Positions 9,007 to 17,969 of a stretch of 64,000 nucleotides of DNA are shown here, in pieces (position 1 is the stretch's first letter; the number at the start of each line of letters is the position of its first letter). Location of the stretch: contig SHYK01000002.1 in the NCBI GenBank assembly GCA_009692845.1, forward strand, positions 193,296 through 257,295, given 5' to 3'. The position numbers and the translations under genes were made by a program. The DNA is from Chloroflexota bacterium (GTDB lineage: Bacteria; Chloroflexota; UBA6077; SHYK01). The notes beneath the pieces are model-generated. The model did not search any database and was not told the DNA's origin. It was given only the letters and a program-made list of their open reading frames with translations.

Positions 9007-10626
9007 GTGGCTGAGCGAGTGCTGGTGTGTGTGGCCTGGCCGTATGCCAACGGCTCACTGCATGTAGGCCAAGTGGCCGGGGCCTACCTTCCCGCCGATA
9101 TCTTTGCCCGCTTCAACCGCTTGATCGGGAACGAGGTCCTCATGGTTTCCGGGTCAGACGACCACGGTACCCCAACCACCGTCCGCGCCGAGCAAGAGGG
9201 AATCTCTCCTCGCGAGGTGACGGATCGCTACAACGCCGAATTCAAGGAATCCTGGAAGCAGCTCGGTATCGAGTTCGACATCTTCACCCGCACCGGTACT
9301 GAGAACCATCGCGAGGTAGCCCAGGCGTTCTTCTTGGATCTGCTCGATAAGGGGCACATCACTAAAGGCACCATGCAGGCCCTCTATTGTGTCAACGACA
9401 ACCGGTTCCTTCCGGATCGGTACGTTGAAGGGATATGTCCCCGCTGCGGCTTTGACCCGGCGCGGGGCGATCAGTGCGACAACTGTGGCCACCCGCTGGA
9501 CGCGACAGAGCTCATTAAGCCTCGCTGTAAGTTCTGCGGGCAGGAGCCCATCGTGCGTGAGACCGAGCATTTCTTTCTCCAGCTTGGCCACTTTGAAGAC
9601 CAACTGAAGGAGTGGGTCGGCCAGCAGCCCCACTGGCGCCCCCAGGTATCGAGCTTCACGAAGGGATTCCTGGACCAGGGGCTTCAAGCGCGAGCGATCA
9701 CCCGTGACATCGAGTGGGGGGTGCCGATCCCGTTGCCCGGCTACGACAGCAAGCGGCTCTACGTTTGGTTTGAGGCCTGTATCGGCTATCTGTCTTCCAC
9801 GATCGAGTGGACCCGAGCACAGGGCAATCCCGATGCTTGGAAAGACTGGTGGAGCCCGCCGACCCGCAGCTATTACTTTATCGGCAAAGACAACATCGTC
9901 TTCCACACCGTCATCTGGCCGTCGATGCTGATGGGGCGAGGCGATCTGAATCTGCCCTTCGACGTCCCAGCCAACGAATACCTCAATCTGGAGGGGGCCA
10001 AGGTATCGACCAGCCGAAATTGGGCGATCTGGATCCCCGAGTTTCTCCAGCGCTACGATCCCGACCCGCTCCGCTACATGCTGGCCGCCAACATGCCGGA
10101 GACCCGAGATGCCGACTTCGCCTGGGAAGAGTTCCGCCGCCGCAACAACGACGAGCTGGTCGCCTCGTGGGGAAATCTGGTCCATCGCACCTTGACCTTC
10201 ACAGTGCGCAATTTCGAGGGAAAGGTGCCCGAGGCCGGCACCGAAACGACCGAGATCGTCGAGGCCCGGATGGTGGAAGGGTTTGCGACTGTACGGGAGA
10301 TGCTGGCCGGTTGCCATTTCAAGAATGCGCTGCGGGAGATCATGAGCCTCACCCAGTTTGGCAACCGCTTGCTGGACGAACGGGCGCCCTGGCGCCAGAT
10401 CCGTACCGACCGGGTAGCTTGTGCCGACACGTTGGCGGGTCTGCTCACTTTGATCAATGGGGTCAAGGTGCTGACCTATCCGTTTCTGCCCTTCTCGGTC
10501 GAAAAGCTCCATGCCATGCTGGGCTACTCGGACACCGTCTTGAGCCACGGCTGGAAGCTGGAGCGGCTGGTCGCCGGCACGCCGCTGCCGGATCCCGAGC
10601 CATTGTTCAAGAAGATCGAGGAGTAG
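9007..10626 (+). CDS. metG: Methionine--tRNA ligase (no C-terminal tRNA-binding domain)
   Basis: 'WPYANGSLHVGQ' (HIGH), 'GSDDHG', Zn knuckles CPRC/CDNC/CKFC, 'YVWFEA', 'GKDNIVFH', 'KVSTS' (KMSKS); AGGAG RBS. Confidence 0.97.
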   Translation: MAERVLVCVAWPYANGSLHVGQVAGAYLPADIFARFNRLIGNEVLMVSGSDDHGTPTTVRAEQEGISPREVTDRYNAEFKESWKQLGIEFDIFTRTGTENHREVAQAFFLDLLDKGHITKGTMQALYCVNDNRFLPDRYVEGICPRCGFDPARGDQCDNCGHPLDATELIKPRCKFCGQEPIVRETEHFFLQLGHFEDQLKEWVGQQPHWRPQVSSFTKGFLDQGLQARAITRDIEWGVPIPLPGYDSKRLYVWFEACIGYLSSTIEWTRAQGNPDAWKDWWSPPTRSYYFIGKDNIVFHTVIWPSMLMGRGDLNLPFDVPANEYLNLEGAKVSTSRNWAIWIPEFLQRYDPDPLRYMLAANMPETRDADFAWEEFRRRNNDELVASWGNLVHRTLTFTVRNFEGKVPEAGTETTEIVEARMVEGFATVREMLAGCHFKNALREIMSLTQFGNRLLDERAPWRQIRTDRVACADTLAGLLTLINGVKVLTYPFLPFSVEKLHAMLGYSDTVLSHGWKLERLVAGTPLPDPEPLFKKIEE

Positions 10627-10627
10627 A

Positions 10628-12088
10628 TTGCCGGCCGCCGTCCACCTGGTGGTGGCGGCTTTCGTTTTTCTGGCGGCCGGCTACGCGGTCGCGATCCCGC
10701 CGTGGAACAATCCCGACGAGCCAGCCCATTTCAACTACATTCGGCAGTTGGCGGACCACGCCGAACTTCCTATCCTCGAGTCAGGCGCCTGGGATGCCGC
10801 CCTGCTGGAGCGGCTGAAAGCCTCGAGATTCCGGGACGCTTCGATCGATTCGATCACCTATGAGGCGCACCAGCCGCCGCTGTATTACGCGCTAGAGGCG
10901 CCGCTCTATGTCATCAGCAGGGGCCTCCCGCTGAGCCAGGCGGTGCTGGTCCTGCGGGGGCTGTCGATTCTGCTCGGGGCGCTGGTCGTGTACCTGGCCG
11001 CGGCGATCATGCGCGAAGTCAAGCCGGGCAGGGGTGACCTGGCGGTTCTGGCGGCGAGCGTGGTCGCATTTCTTCCGATGTTCACTTCGATATCGGCCGC
11101 GATCAACAACGACGCGCTCGCCAACCTGGTCGGAGCGGCCCTGGTTCTCCTGGGCGTGCGCGGCCTGAATCGCGGGTTTCGGACCCGTGACCTCGGGATC
11201 TTGGGTGGACTCGTGGGGGTCGCCCTGCTCACCAAGACTACGGTCTATGCCTTGCTACCCGTGCTCGTCCTGGCGCTGGTTTGGCGGCGGCGGATTCAGG
11301 ATCGAGCGCCTTGGCCGCTGACCCTGCGGGACCTGGCTATCGTCGCGGGGATCGCCCTGGTGGTTGGTGGCTGGTGGTTCATCCGAAACGCGGGCGTGTA
11401 TGGCTGGCTCGACCCGCTCGCCTCGGCTCGACATGATCAGGTTGTGGTGGGTCAGCTGCGCAGTGACGATCCGTCCGCCCCGCCCCTGCTGAGTCGTCTG
11501 CTCACCGTGTATGAGAGTTTCTGGGGCATCTTTGGTTGGATGGGAGTGCCGCTTCCCGATGGGATGTATCTCGCTTTTGGGGCGCTCGTCGGTGCCGTCG
11601 CTGCTGGAGCGGTGGCCTGGATGCCGCTGGACTCCGTCGATCGACGGGCTCGTCTCGCGGTTCCATGGCTGCTACTCAGCGTAGTCGTCGTGGGCGTCGC
11701 CTTGGCCGGCTACAATCGCCAGTTTGTTCAGTCTCAGGCGCGCTATCTGTTTCCGAGCCTCATTGCGATGGGGGCCGTGGCCGCGCTCTGGCTGGGAAGT
11801 CTTCTTACCGCTGGCCGCGGTCCCGCGGCCCTTCGTGCATTCGGTGCAGGATTCGGCCTGCTCGCCCTAGGGGTGGTGGCCATTGAAGCCGCCAGCGTGG
11901 TCTTCACGGGGCTGCCGAGACGACTGGCCTACCTGGCCTTAGTCGCGCTCATCGTTCTTTTCGAGGCAGCAGTGGCCGGGAGAAACCTGAGCTGGGGCGG
12001 ACCAGCACGGCTCGCCTTAGCGGTCTTGAGCCTGGCATGGGCTGACATAGCTCTGCTGTTCGGCGTTGCCGCGCCAGCCTTTCGTTGA
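10628..12088 (+). CDS. GT-C fold membrane glycosyltransferase (ArnT/PMT-like, DUF2142-like)
   Basis: 'PPWNNPDEPAHFNY', 'HQPPLYY', 'NND', 'LTK', 'QARYLFP'; many TM helices. Confidence 0.75.
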   Translation: MPAAVHLVVAAFVFLAAGYAVAIPPWNNPDEPAHFNYIRQLADHAELPILESGAWDAALLERLKASRFRDASIDSITYEAHQPPLYYALEAPLYVISRGLPLSQAVLVLRGLSILLGALVVYLAAAIMREVKPGRGDLAVLAASVVAFLPMFTSISAAINNDALANLVGAALVLLGVRGLNRGFRTRDLGILGGLVGVALLTKTTVYALLPVLVLALVWRRRIQDRAPWPLTLRDLAIVAGIALVVGGWWFIRNAGVYGWLDPLASARHDQVVVGQLRSDDPSAPPLLSRLLTVYESFWGIFGWMGVPLPDGMYLAFGALVGAVAAGAVAWMPLDSVDRRARLAVPWLLLSVVVVGVALAGYNRQFVQSQARYLFPSLIAMGAVAALWLGSLLTAGRGPAALRAFGAGFGLLALGVVAIEAASVVFTGLPRRLAYLALVALIVLFEAAVAGRNLSWGGPARLALAVLSLAWADIALLFGVAAPAFR

Positions 12089-12111
12089 TCGGGTGACCTC
12101 GATCTCAAGCG

Positions 12112-12978
12112 TCAACTCGGAAACAGCTCGTCGGCGGAATAGAGTTGGCGGGTGATCTGCTGCTCGAAGGCATAACGCGCCAGCGTATCGATCGAGACGC
12201 GGTTGGGATTGAGCCCGAACTTGCCCCCGATCTGCCCGTTGGCGGGAGGCGGAGCGTTCACGCCGAGGGCGCGGGATTCATTAAGCACGCTGTAGAGCTC
12301 GTTGCGCAGCCAGGGGTTCGGGTCAAGGACTTGACGTTGCACTACTACAGTGTGGTTCACCGAAGCGATGCCGGTCTTCGCCGTCCACGCGGCCTCGGCG
12401 GCGTCGGCACCAGGGATCACCGTGCGCAGGTCGGGGTTCGTATTCGATCCGTCGATGCCGATTGCGGCGTCCACCTCTCCACTCAAAAGCAGGTCCAGGA
12501 GGCTTCGCCCGGACTCATCGCGTCGACAGCTTGATGGGTCGACGTACTCGTCAACGTGCGCGCCTTCCTGGGTGACCCAGCGGAGAGTGCTCAGATCGAC
12601 ATCGTACTGGTCGGCAATGATCCCGCGGACCCAGGCTCCTGAAGTCTGGCTGTAGGCCCGCACCCCCAGGATGAGGCCTTCCAGGTCTTTGGGACCACTG
12701 ATCTTCGAGTCCTTGCGGGTGACCAGCATTGGGAAAACCGGCTGCCGCATGATTGTGATCGGCACTCCGACAAACGGCCTACCGAAATCCAGGGCGAGCA
12801 TGTAGGTGACGTAGGCGAGCTCGGATACGTCGAAGGCGAGATCTGTGGCCATTGGCTTGAAGGCCCGGTTGACCGGGCTGTAGCTCTTGAAGTCGAGGGT
12901 GATGCGCTCCGAGTGGACCTTCCCCTGCTTAAGGGCCTCCGTGTGCGAGTAGTCGCCCAGGGCACAACTTAGCTCCAA
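12112..12978 (-). CDS. 4,5-dihydroxyphthalate decarboxylase-like / type-2 periplasmic-binding-fold protein
   Basis: 'LSCALGDYSHTEALKQG', 'FDVSELA', 'DLEGLILGVRAYSQTSGAWVRGI', 'NHTVVV'; GAGGAGG RBS; no signal peptide. Confidence 0.75.
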   Translation of the reverse strand: MELSCALGDYSHTEALKQGKVHSERITLDFKSYSPVNRAFKPMATDLAFDVSELAYVTYMLALDFGRPFVGVPITIMRQPVFPMLVTRKDSKISGPKDLEGLILGVRAYSQTSGAWVRGIIADQYDVDLSTLRWVTQEGAHVDEYVDPSSCRRDESGRSLLDLLLSGEVDAAIGIDGSNTNPDLRTVIPGADAAEAAWTAKTGIASVNHTVVVQRQVLDPNPWLRNELYSVLNESRALGVNAPPPANGQIGGKFGLNPNRVSIDTLARYAFEQQITRQLYSADELFPS

Positions 12979-13043
12979 AGGACCTCCTCAATGTTTTCCT
13001 GTGTCCGGTCGAGTCTGCTCCTCTAATATACGGCAGCGAACGG

Positions 13044-13118
13044 GGCATCTCCCTAAAGCGCAGCCAGAGGCTCGTCACTTGCCTTGGTGGGAGATCTTCC
13101 GCTGACGCTCAGGATGAC
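13044..13118. repeat. Degenerate inverted REP-like pair (GTCATCCTGAGCG...GATCTC type)
   Basis: GAGATCTTCCGCTGACGCTCAGGATGAC at 13091-13118, with a decayed inverted partner around 13044-13073. Confidence 0.5.
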
Positions 13119-13216
13119 CCCTGCCCGTCAGCCCGGACCTTAAAGTCACGATCTGGCTTGCGACGGGCCCCCTACCGCCGCCTATCATACGTGCCAACTT
13201 GCGGAGGCTGGACCTC

Positions 13217-13390
13217 ATGATCGATCAAGAGCTCCTAGACATCCTGGCATGCCCGGCCTGTAAGACCCCGGTTCATCTAGAAGAGGATCGCATCGCTTGC
13301 GATACTTGCGGACGCCGTTATCCCATCCGGGATGGGATTCCCGTGATGCTGATTGACGAGGCGGAGCAGGGACAACCTGGCAAAGCGTGA
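13217..13390 (+). CDS. Trm112/YcaR family small Zn-ribbon protein
   Basis: 'LLDILACPACK...CDTCGRRYPIRDGIPVML'. Confidence 0.9.
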   Translation: MIDQELLDILACPACKTPVHLEEDRIACDTCGRRYPIRDGIPVMLIDEAEQGQPGKA

Positions 13391-13407
13391 CGTGAGGCGA
13401 TGATCAG

Positions 13408-14352
13408 TTGATAAGCGTTGAGCACCTAACCAAATACTATGGACCGTTCGCGGCCGTCAATGACATCTCCTTCGAGGTAGCCGAGGGGGAGATTCTCGGT
13501 TTTCTGGGACCCAACGGGGCTGGAAAAACGACCACCATGCGGATCCTGACCGGGTATATGCCTCCGTCGAGTGGTCGGGTGATCGTAGCCGGTTGCGACA
13601 TTTTCAAGGACTCCTTGGAGGCTCGTCGTCACATCAGCTACTTGCCCGAAACAGTGCCGCTTTACACCGACATGTCAGCGCGAACCTATCTGGACTTCGT
13701 GGGCAAGATTCGGGCCCTCGACGGTCGCAAGCGCAAGGCCCGCATCGAGGAAGTGGCCGAGGAGACCCAGATCACCGAGTTCATGGACAAGCTGATCGGG
13801 AAACTCTCCAAAGGACAGCGACAAAGGGTGGGCCTCGCTCAGGCGCTACTCCCCGATCCAGACGTCTTGGTGTTGGATGAGCCGACCATTGGCTTGGATC
13901 CCCGCCAGATCGTCGAGACCCGAGAAGTCATCCGGAGCCTCCGCGGCCGCCACACAGTTATTCTGAGTACCCATATCTTGCCTGAGGTGTCAATGACCTG
14001 CGAGCGGGTGGTCATCATCAACCGCGGCAAGATCGTCGCGATCGACACGCCTGAAAACCTGCAGCGACGGATGCAAGGTGCTGACACGGTCGATGTCGAG
14101 GTGCGAGGGCCGGCTGAGGCTGTGCAAGCTGCCCTGAAGGCCATCCCTCAGGTGACGGATGTGCGCCAGCGTGGGAACGCGCCGGACAACCTGGTCTTTT
14201 CGGTCGATTCTGAAATCGGGGTCGATCTCCGGGAACGGCTTGCCAGCACGATCGTAGAGCGGGGCTGGGGGCTAAGAGGTTTGCGGCCGTCGACGGTCAG
14301 CCTGGAGGAGGTCTTCGTCCAGTTGGTGACCGAGGAGGCTCCGGCAGCTTGA
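13408..14352 (+). CDS. ABC transporter ATP-binding protein (GldA-like)
   Basis: Walker A 'GPNGAGKTT', signature 'LSKGQRQR', Walker B 'LVLDEPT', 'STH'. Confidence 0.93.
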   Translation: MISVEHLTKYYGPFAAVNDISFEVAEGEILGFLGPNGAGKTTTMRILTGYMPPSSGRVIVAGCDIFKDSLEARRHISYLPETVPLYTDMSARTYLDFVGKIRALDGRKRKARIEEVAEETQITEFMDKLIGKLSKGQRQRVGLAQALLPDPDVLVLDEPTIGLDPRQIVETREVIRSLRGRHTVILSTHILPEVSMTCERVVIINRGKIVAIDTPENLQRRMQGADTVDVEVRGPAEAVQAALKAIPQVTDVRQRGNAPDNLVFSVDSEIGVDLRERLASTIVERGWGLRGLRPSTVSLEEVFVQLVTEEAPAA

Positions 14353-15065
14353 TTCGCAACATCTATGCGATCACCGAACGTGAGCTGAAGTCGTACTTCG
14401 CTTCCCCGGTGGCGTGGATCGTCACCGCCTTTTTCATTGCCATGTGGGGATTCCTTTTCGCGGCAATCGTCGCGAGTGGCCGCGAGGCGGTGATTCGCCC
14501 CTTGTTGAACAACTTCAGTGTCACCTTCTTGCTGGCCGGTCCCTTGCTGACCATGCGACTGATTGCTGAAGAGGCCCGGACCGGAACGCTTGAGCTATTG
14601 CTGACTCAACCGATCCGGGAAGTGGAGCTGGTGCTGGGCAAGTACATCTCTTCGGTGGTTTTCCTGATGTTCATGCTGCTGATGACCGGTTACTTTGCGA
14701 CTCTGCTCGAGATGTTTGGAAACCCAGATGAAGGCCCCATGCTTTCCGGCTACCTGGGGGTGCTGTTACAGGGTATGGCCTTCCTCGCGATTGGCTTGCT
14801 GGCTTCGGCGTTCACCCAGAACCAGATCGTCGCCGCGGTGGTGACCTTCGTTACCTTGCTCATCCTTTGGCTGAGTGATTCGCTGGCCAACACGGTGCTG
14901 AGCGGGACGGCGGCAGACGTCGTTCGGTACGTCAGCATCACGCAACGTTTCAACGACATGCCCCGTGGCATCATCGATACGAAGGACGTAGTGTTCTTCC
15001 TGACGATTGTGGTTGGATGCCTGTTCCTGACCACTCAGGTCCTCACCGCCAGGCGTTGGCGTTGA
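14349..15065 (+). CDS. ABC-2 permease (GldF-like)
   Basis: 'RELKSYFASPVAW', 'LTMRLIAEEARTGTLELLLT', 'TQNQIVAAV'. Confidence 0.88.
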   Translation: MIRNIYAITERELKSYFASPVAWIVTAFFIAMWGFLFAAIVASGREAVIRPLLNNFSVTFLLAGPLLTMRLIAEEARTGTLELLLTQPIREVELVLGKYISSVVFLMFMLLMTGYFATLLEMFGNPDEGPMLSGYLGVLLQGMAFLAIGLLASAFTQNQIVAAVVTFVTLLILWLSDSLANTVLSGTAADVVRYVSITQRFNDMPRGIIDTKDVVFFLTIVVGCLFLTTQVLTARRWR

Positions 15066-16627
15066 ATCTGCTCGACCGACTTCGCGCCCCGTCGGCGGTG
15101 CTCGGGGCCGTCACCCTCCTGGTTGCCCTGGCCCTGTTCTTGGTCGCAGGCGAGTTCAGCGTGCCGTCCCGAATTGCATTGGCGACTGCAGTCTTGCTTT
15201 TCGGACTGTACGTCGCGATCGATCCTGAAAAAGCCCTGAAGTCGGTGACCGGACGCGAATGGGTTTACGGGTCGAACACCGTCCTGCTGTCGACCGCCTT
15301 CATCGGGATCCTCGTGCTGGTCAACGTGGTAGCGGTGCGTTTCCATCAGCGTTGGGATTTGACCGCTCAAGGCGACTTCTCCATGTCAGAGGCAACCCTC
15401 AAGACCTTGCGTGATCTGCCGCAACCAGTACATGCGAAGGCATTTTTCTCAGCAGGACTGTCCGATCGGCAGAAAACAGAAGACTTGCTCAAAGAGTACG
15501 AGCAGCGGTCGGGTGGAAAGCTTAACTGGGAGATGATCGACACGTTCCAGCAGCCATCGCTGGCGGACCTCGAGAAGATCAACGTTGACGGAACGGTCCT
15601 GTTCACCATGGGGGACCGCCGACAGATCACCATCACCAGTGACGAAGCTCACCTCACGACCGCGCTGTTGAAGCTCATAACTCCCAGCCAGCTCAAGGTG
15701 TATTTCCTGACTGGTCATGGCGAGCGAGAGCTGGACAAATTCGACGACCGAGGCTATTCGGACCTAAAGACCCAGATTCAGCAGGATAATTATCAGGTCG
15801 ATCCTCTGAACCTCCTGGCCGCCGGGGACGTTCCCACGGATGCGGCCGCACTCTTCATTGCGGCACCTAAGAGTCCGTTACGGCCAGAAGAGCTGGCCGC
15901 GATTAATCGTTTTCTGGATGCCAAAGGCAAGCTCATCCTATTGGTGGACGCGATTCCCGGGACCAGCAACATTCAGGAGATTCTGACTCGGTGGGATGTA
16001 ATCATCGAGGACGGCGTCGTGGTGGACCCGCCGAGTGCATTCCCTCAGGATCCTACCGTGCTCATCATCCAGCAGTATGGCCGGCACATCATCAGCCGCG
16101 ACCTCAGCACAACCGCGGCGGTTTTCCCGTCTACCGCGGGACTCGATATTCCCGGGGACGCGGCCGGCGGGGTGGACGTACGCTCTCTGGCCCTGACCTC
16201 CGGAAATCGTTCCTGGCTGGAAACGAATCGAAACCAGCTTCAATATGACGTCGGGGTGGACATCCAGGGCCCGGTGGTCGTTGCCGCGGCGATAGAGGTG
16301 ATCTCCAACCCGGAGGTGCAGCAGGATGTGCCGCCTGGCTTTGAAAGCACACTCAAGCGGGTGAAGAACCGGGCGGTGATTTTTGGGTCATCCGAGTTCG
16401 TGGCCAACGGTCCGCTCAAGCTGGGGGCGAATCGCGATCTCTTCCTGAACTCCCTCAACTGGGTCACCGAGACCGACCAGCTTATCAGCACCCGGCCGAG
16501 GATCCCTGAAAACCGACCGCTCTTCCTGAATCCGGTTCAAAGTAACTTTGTGTTTTTCTCCGGAACCGTGTTTCTGCCGGTGATCCTGCTGGGGATCGGT
16601 GGAGTGGTCTGGTGGATGCGGCGCTAA
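15062..16627 (+). CDS. GldG family ABC transporter auxiliary component
   Basis: N-terminal TMs, 'RWDLT..FSMSEAT', 'VYFLTGHGE', 'NRDLFLNSLNW', C-terminal TM ending 'WWMRR'; TTG overlapping the upstream stop. Confidence 0.85.
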   Translation: MNLLDRLRAPSAVLGAVTLLVALALFLVAGEFSVPSRIALATAVLLFGLYVAIDPEKALKSVTGREWVYGSNTVLLSTAFIGILVLVNVVAVRFHQRWDLTAQGDFSMSEATLKTLRDLPQPVHAKAFFSAGLSDRQKTEDLLKEYEQRSGGKLNWEMIDTFQQPSLADLEKINVDGTVLFTMGDRRQITITSDEAHLTTALLKLITPSQLKVYFLTGHGERELDKFDDRGYSDLKTQIQQDNYQVDPLNLLAAGDVPTDAAALFIAAPKSPLRPEELAAINRFLDAKGKLILLVDAIPGTSNIQEILTRWDVIIEDGVVVDPPSAFPQDPTVLIIQQYGRHIISRDLSTTAAVFPSTAGLDIPGDAAGGVDVRSLALTSGNRSWLETNRNQLQYDVGVDIQGPVVVAAAIEVISNPEVQQDVPPGFESTLKRVKNRAVIFGSSEFVANGPLKLGANRDLFLNSLNWVTETDQLISTRPRIPENRPLFLNPVQSNFVFFSGTVFLPVILLGIGGVVWWMRR

Positions 16628-17263
16628 ATGGGCCGCTCCACCCTCGGCATGGTGCTGGTGTTTGGCGTCCTCGCGGCGGTTGTGTGGATGGTGCAAACCA
16701 ACCGGCCGGCTCCCGTCGAAGGGGCATCGACCTACGTTCTCCAGGTTGACGAAGGAGCGGTAAGCCGCATCGACGTCACGACCTCGGCGGGAACCGCTGG
16801 CTTCACTCGCGTGGAGCCCATCGGCTGGAACTTCGCGGAGTCAGGCCAAACCGCGGACTTCAGTCGAGTAAGCAGCGTGGTCAATCGAATCGCGAAGCTG
16901 CGCGCCCAGGCGAAAGTCCAAGACCAGGTGCCTAATCGAGCCGAGTTCAAGCTGGATCCGCCATTGGTCACGGCCCAACTCACGATGAAGGATGGGACGA
17001 CTCATAAGGTGCTCTTCGGTGCCCAGACCGTGACCTCGGCCGCTTATTACGCACTCGCTGAAGAGAATGGGATCTTGTACACCGTGAGCACGCTCATCGT
17101 CACCGATTCCCAGGGGCTCATTACCAACCCGCCGATCCCCACGCCCACGCCAGGCACGCCATCGCCAGTGGCGTCCCCATCGGCCACTCCATCTGCCATC
17201 GTGACCCCGCCCGCCACGACTCCCACTACAACGCCGGGCCTGCCAGCTCCCTCGATTTCGTAA
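16628..17263 (+). CDS. DUF4340-like membrane-anchored protein with Pro/Thr/Ser-rich tail
   Basis: N-terminal TM; position after GldG; C-terminal 'PTPTPGTPSPVASPSATPS'. Confidence 0.65.
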   Translation: MGRSTLGMVLVFGVLAAVVWMVQTNRPAPVEGASTYVLQVDEGAVSRIDVTTSAGTAGFTRVEPIGWNFAESGQTADFSRVSSVVNRIAKLRAQAKVQDQVPNRAEFKLDPPLVTAQLTMKDGTTHKVLFGAQTVTSAAYYALAEENGILYTVSTLIVTDSQGLITNPPIPTPTPGTPSPVASPSATPSAIVTPPATTPTTTPGLPAPSIS

Positions 17264-17287
17264 GCGGCAGCTTGCGGGGCTGATTTC

Positions 17288-17965
17288 GTGGTACCCGAAG
17301 CGCTAGCCGATTGGGTGTACGAGGATCTGCAGGACTTCTACGGCGAGCCGGCTCCCCGGCCGCTGCAAGCGCCTCTGGCCGAGCTTATTCAAACGATCCT
17401 CTCTCAAAATACGGCCGATTCGAACTCGGATCGAGCGTATAAGGCCCTGGTCGATCGGTACGGAGACGACTGGGATGCGGTTCGCCTGGCCCCGGTCCAG
17501 GAGGTCGCCGACACTATTCGCCACGGTGGATTAGCGGAGATCAAGGCTCGCCGCATTCAATCGGTGCTGCGCCAAATTGAGGAACGGCTCGGTGAGCTGG
17601 ACCTGGAGTTTCTCCACCAGGTTCCGCTCGAGGAGGGCCGAGATTTCCTTCGGTCGCTGGATGGAGTCGGGCCGAAGACGGCGGCATGTGTCTTGCTGTT
17701 CGCTTGCGGCAAGCCGGCTATGCCCGTCGACACCCACGTGCATCGAGTCAGCCAGCGCATTGGCTTGATTCCCGAGCGGGCAACCGCCGAGCAAGCGCAT
17801 GGTCTCCTGGAAGCGCTGGTGCCAGACGACCGAATGTATGCTTTTCACATGCAACTGATCCGCCATGGGCGCGAGATTTGCAAGGCACAACGCCCTCGGT
17901 GTGATAAGTGTCCGGTGAGCTCGCAGTGTGGCTACGCTGCCCACTCCATACGCGGATCCGCGTAG
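17288..17965 (+). CDS. nth: Endonuclease III-family HhH-GPD DNA glycosylase
   Basis: 'ILSQNT', HhH 'LDGVGPKTA', 'PVDTHV', Fe-S motif C-x6-C-x2-C-x5-C. Confidence 0.85.
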   Translation: MVPEALADWVYEDLQDFYGEPAPRPLQAPLAELIQTILSQNTADSNSDRAYKALVDRYGDDWDAVRLAPVQEVADTIRHGGLAEIKARRIQSVLRQIEERLGELDLEFLHQVPLEEGRDFLRSLDGVGPKTAACVLLFACGKPAMPVDTHVHRVSQRIGLIPERATAEQAHGLLEALVPDDRMYAFHMQLIRHGREICKAQRPRCDKCPVSSQCGYAAHSIRGSA

Positions 17966-17969
17966 CAGG

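Noticed and set aside
9154-10548. 464-aa antisense ORF within metG and similar long shadow ORFs (39381-40547, 31612-32661)
   Set aside because: Expected antisense open frames in high-GC coding DNA; no recognisable motifs
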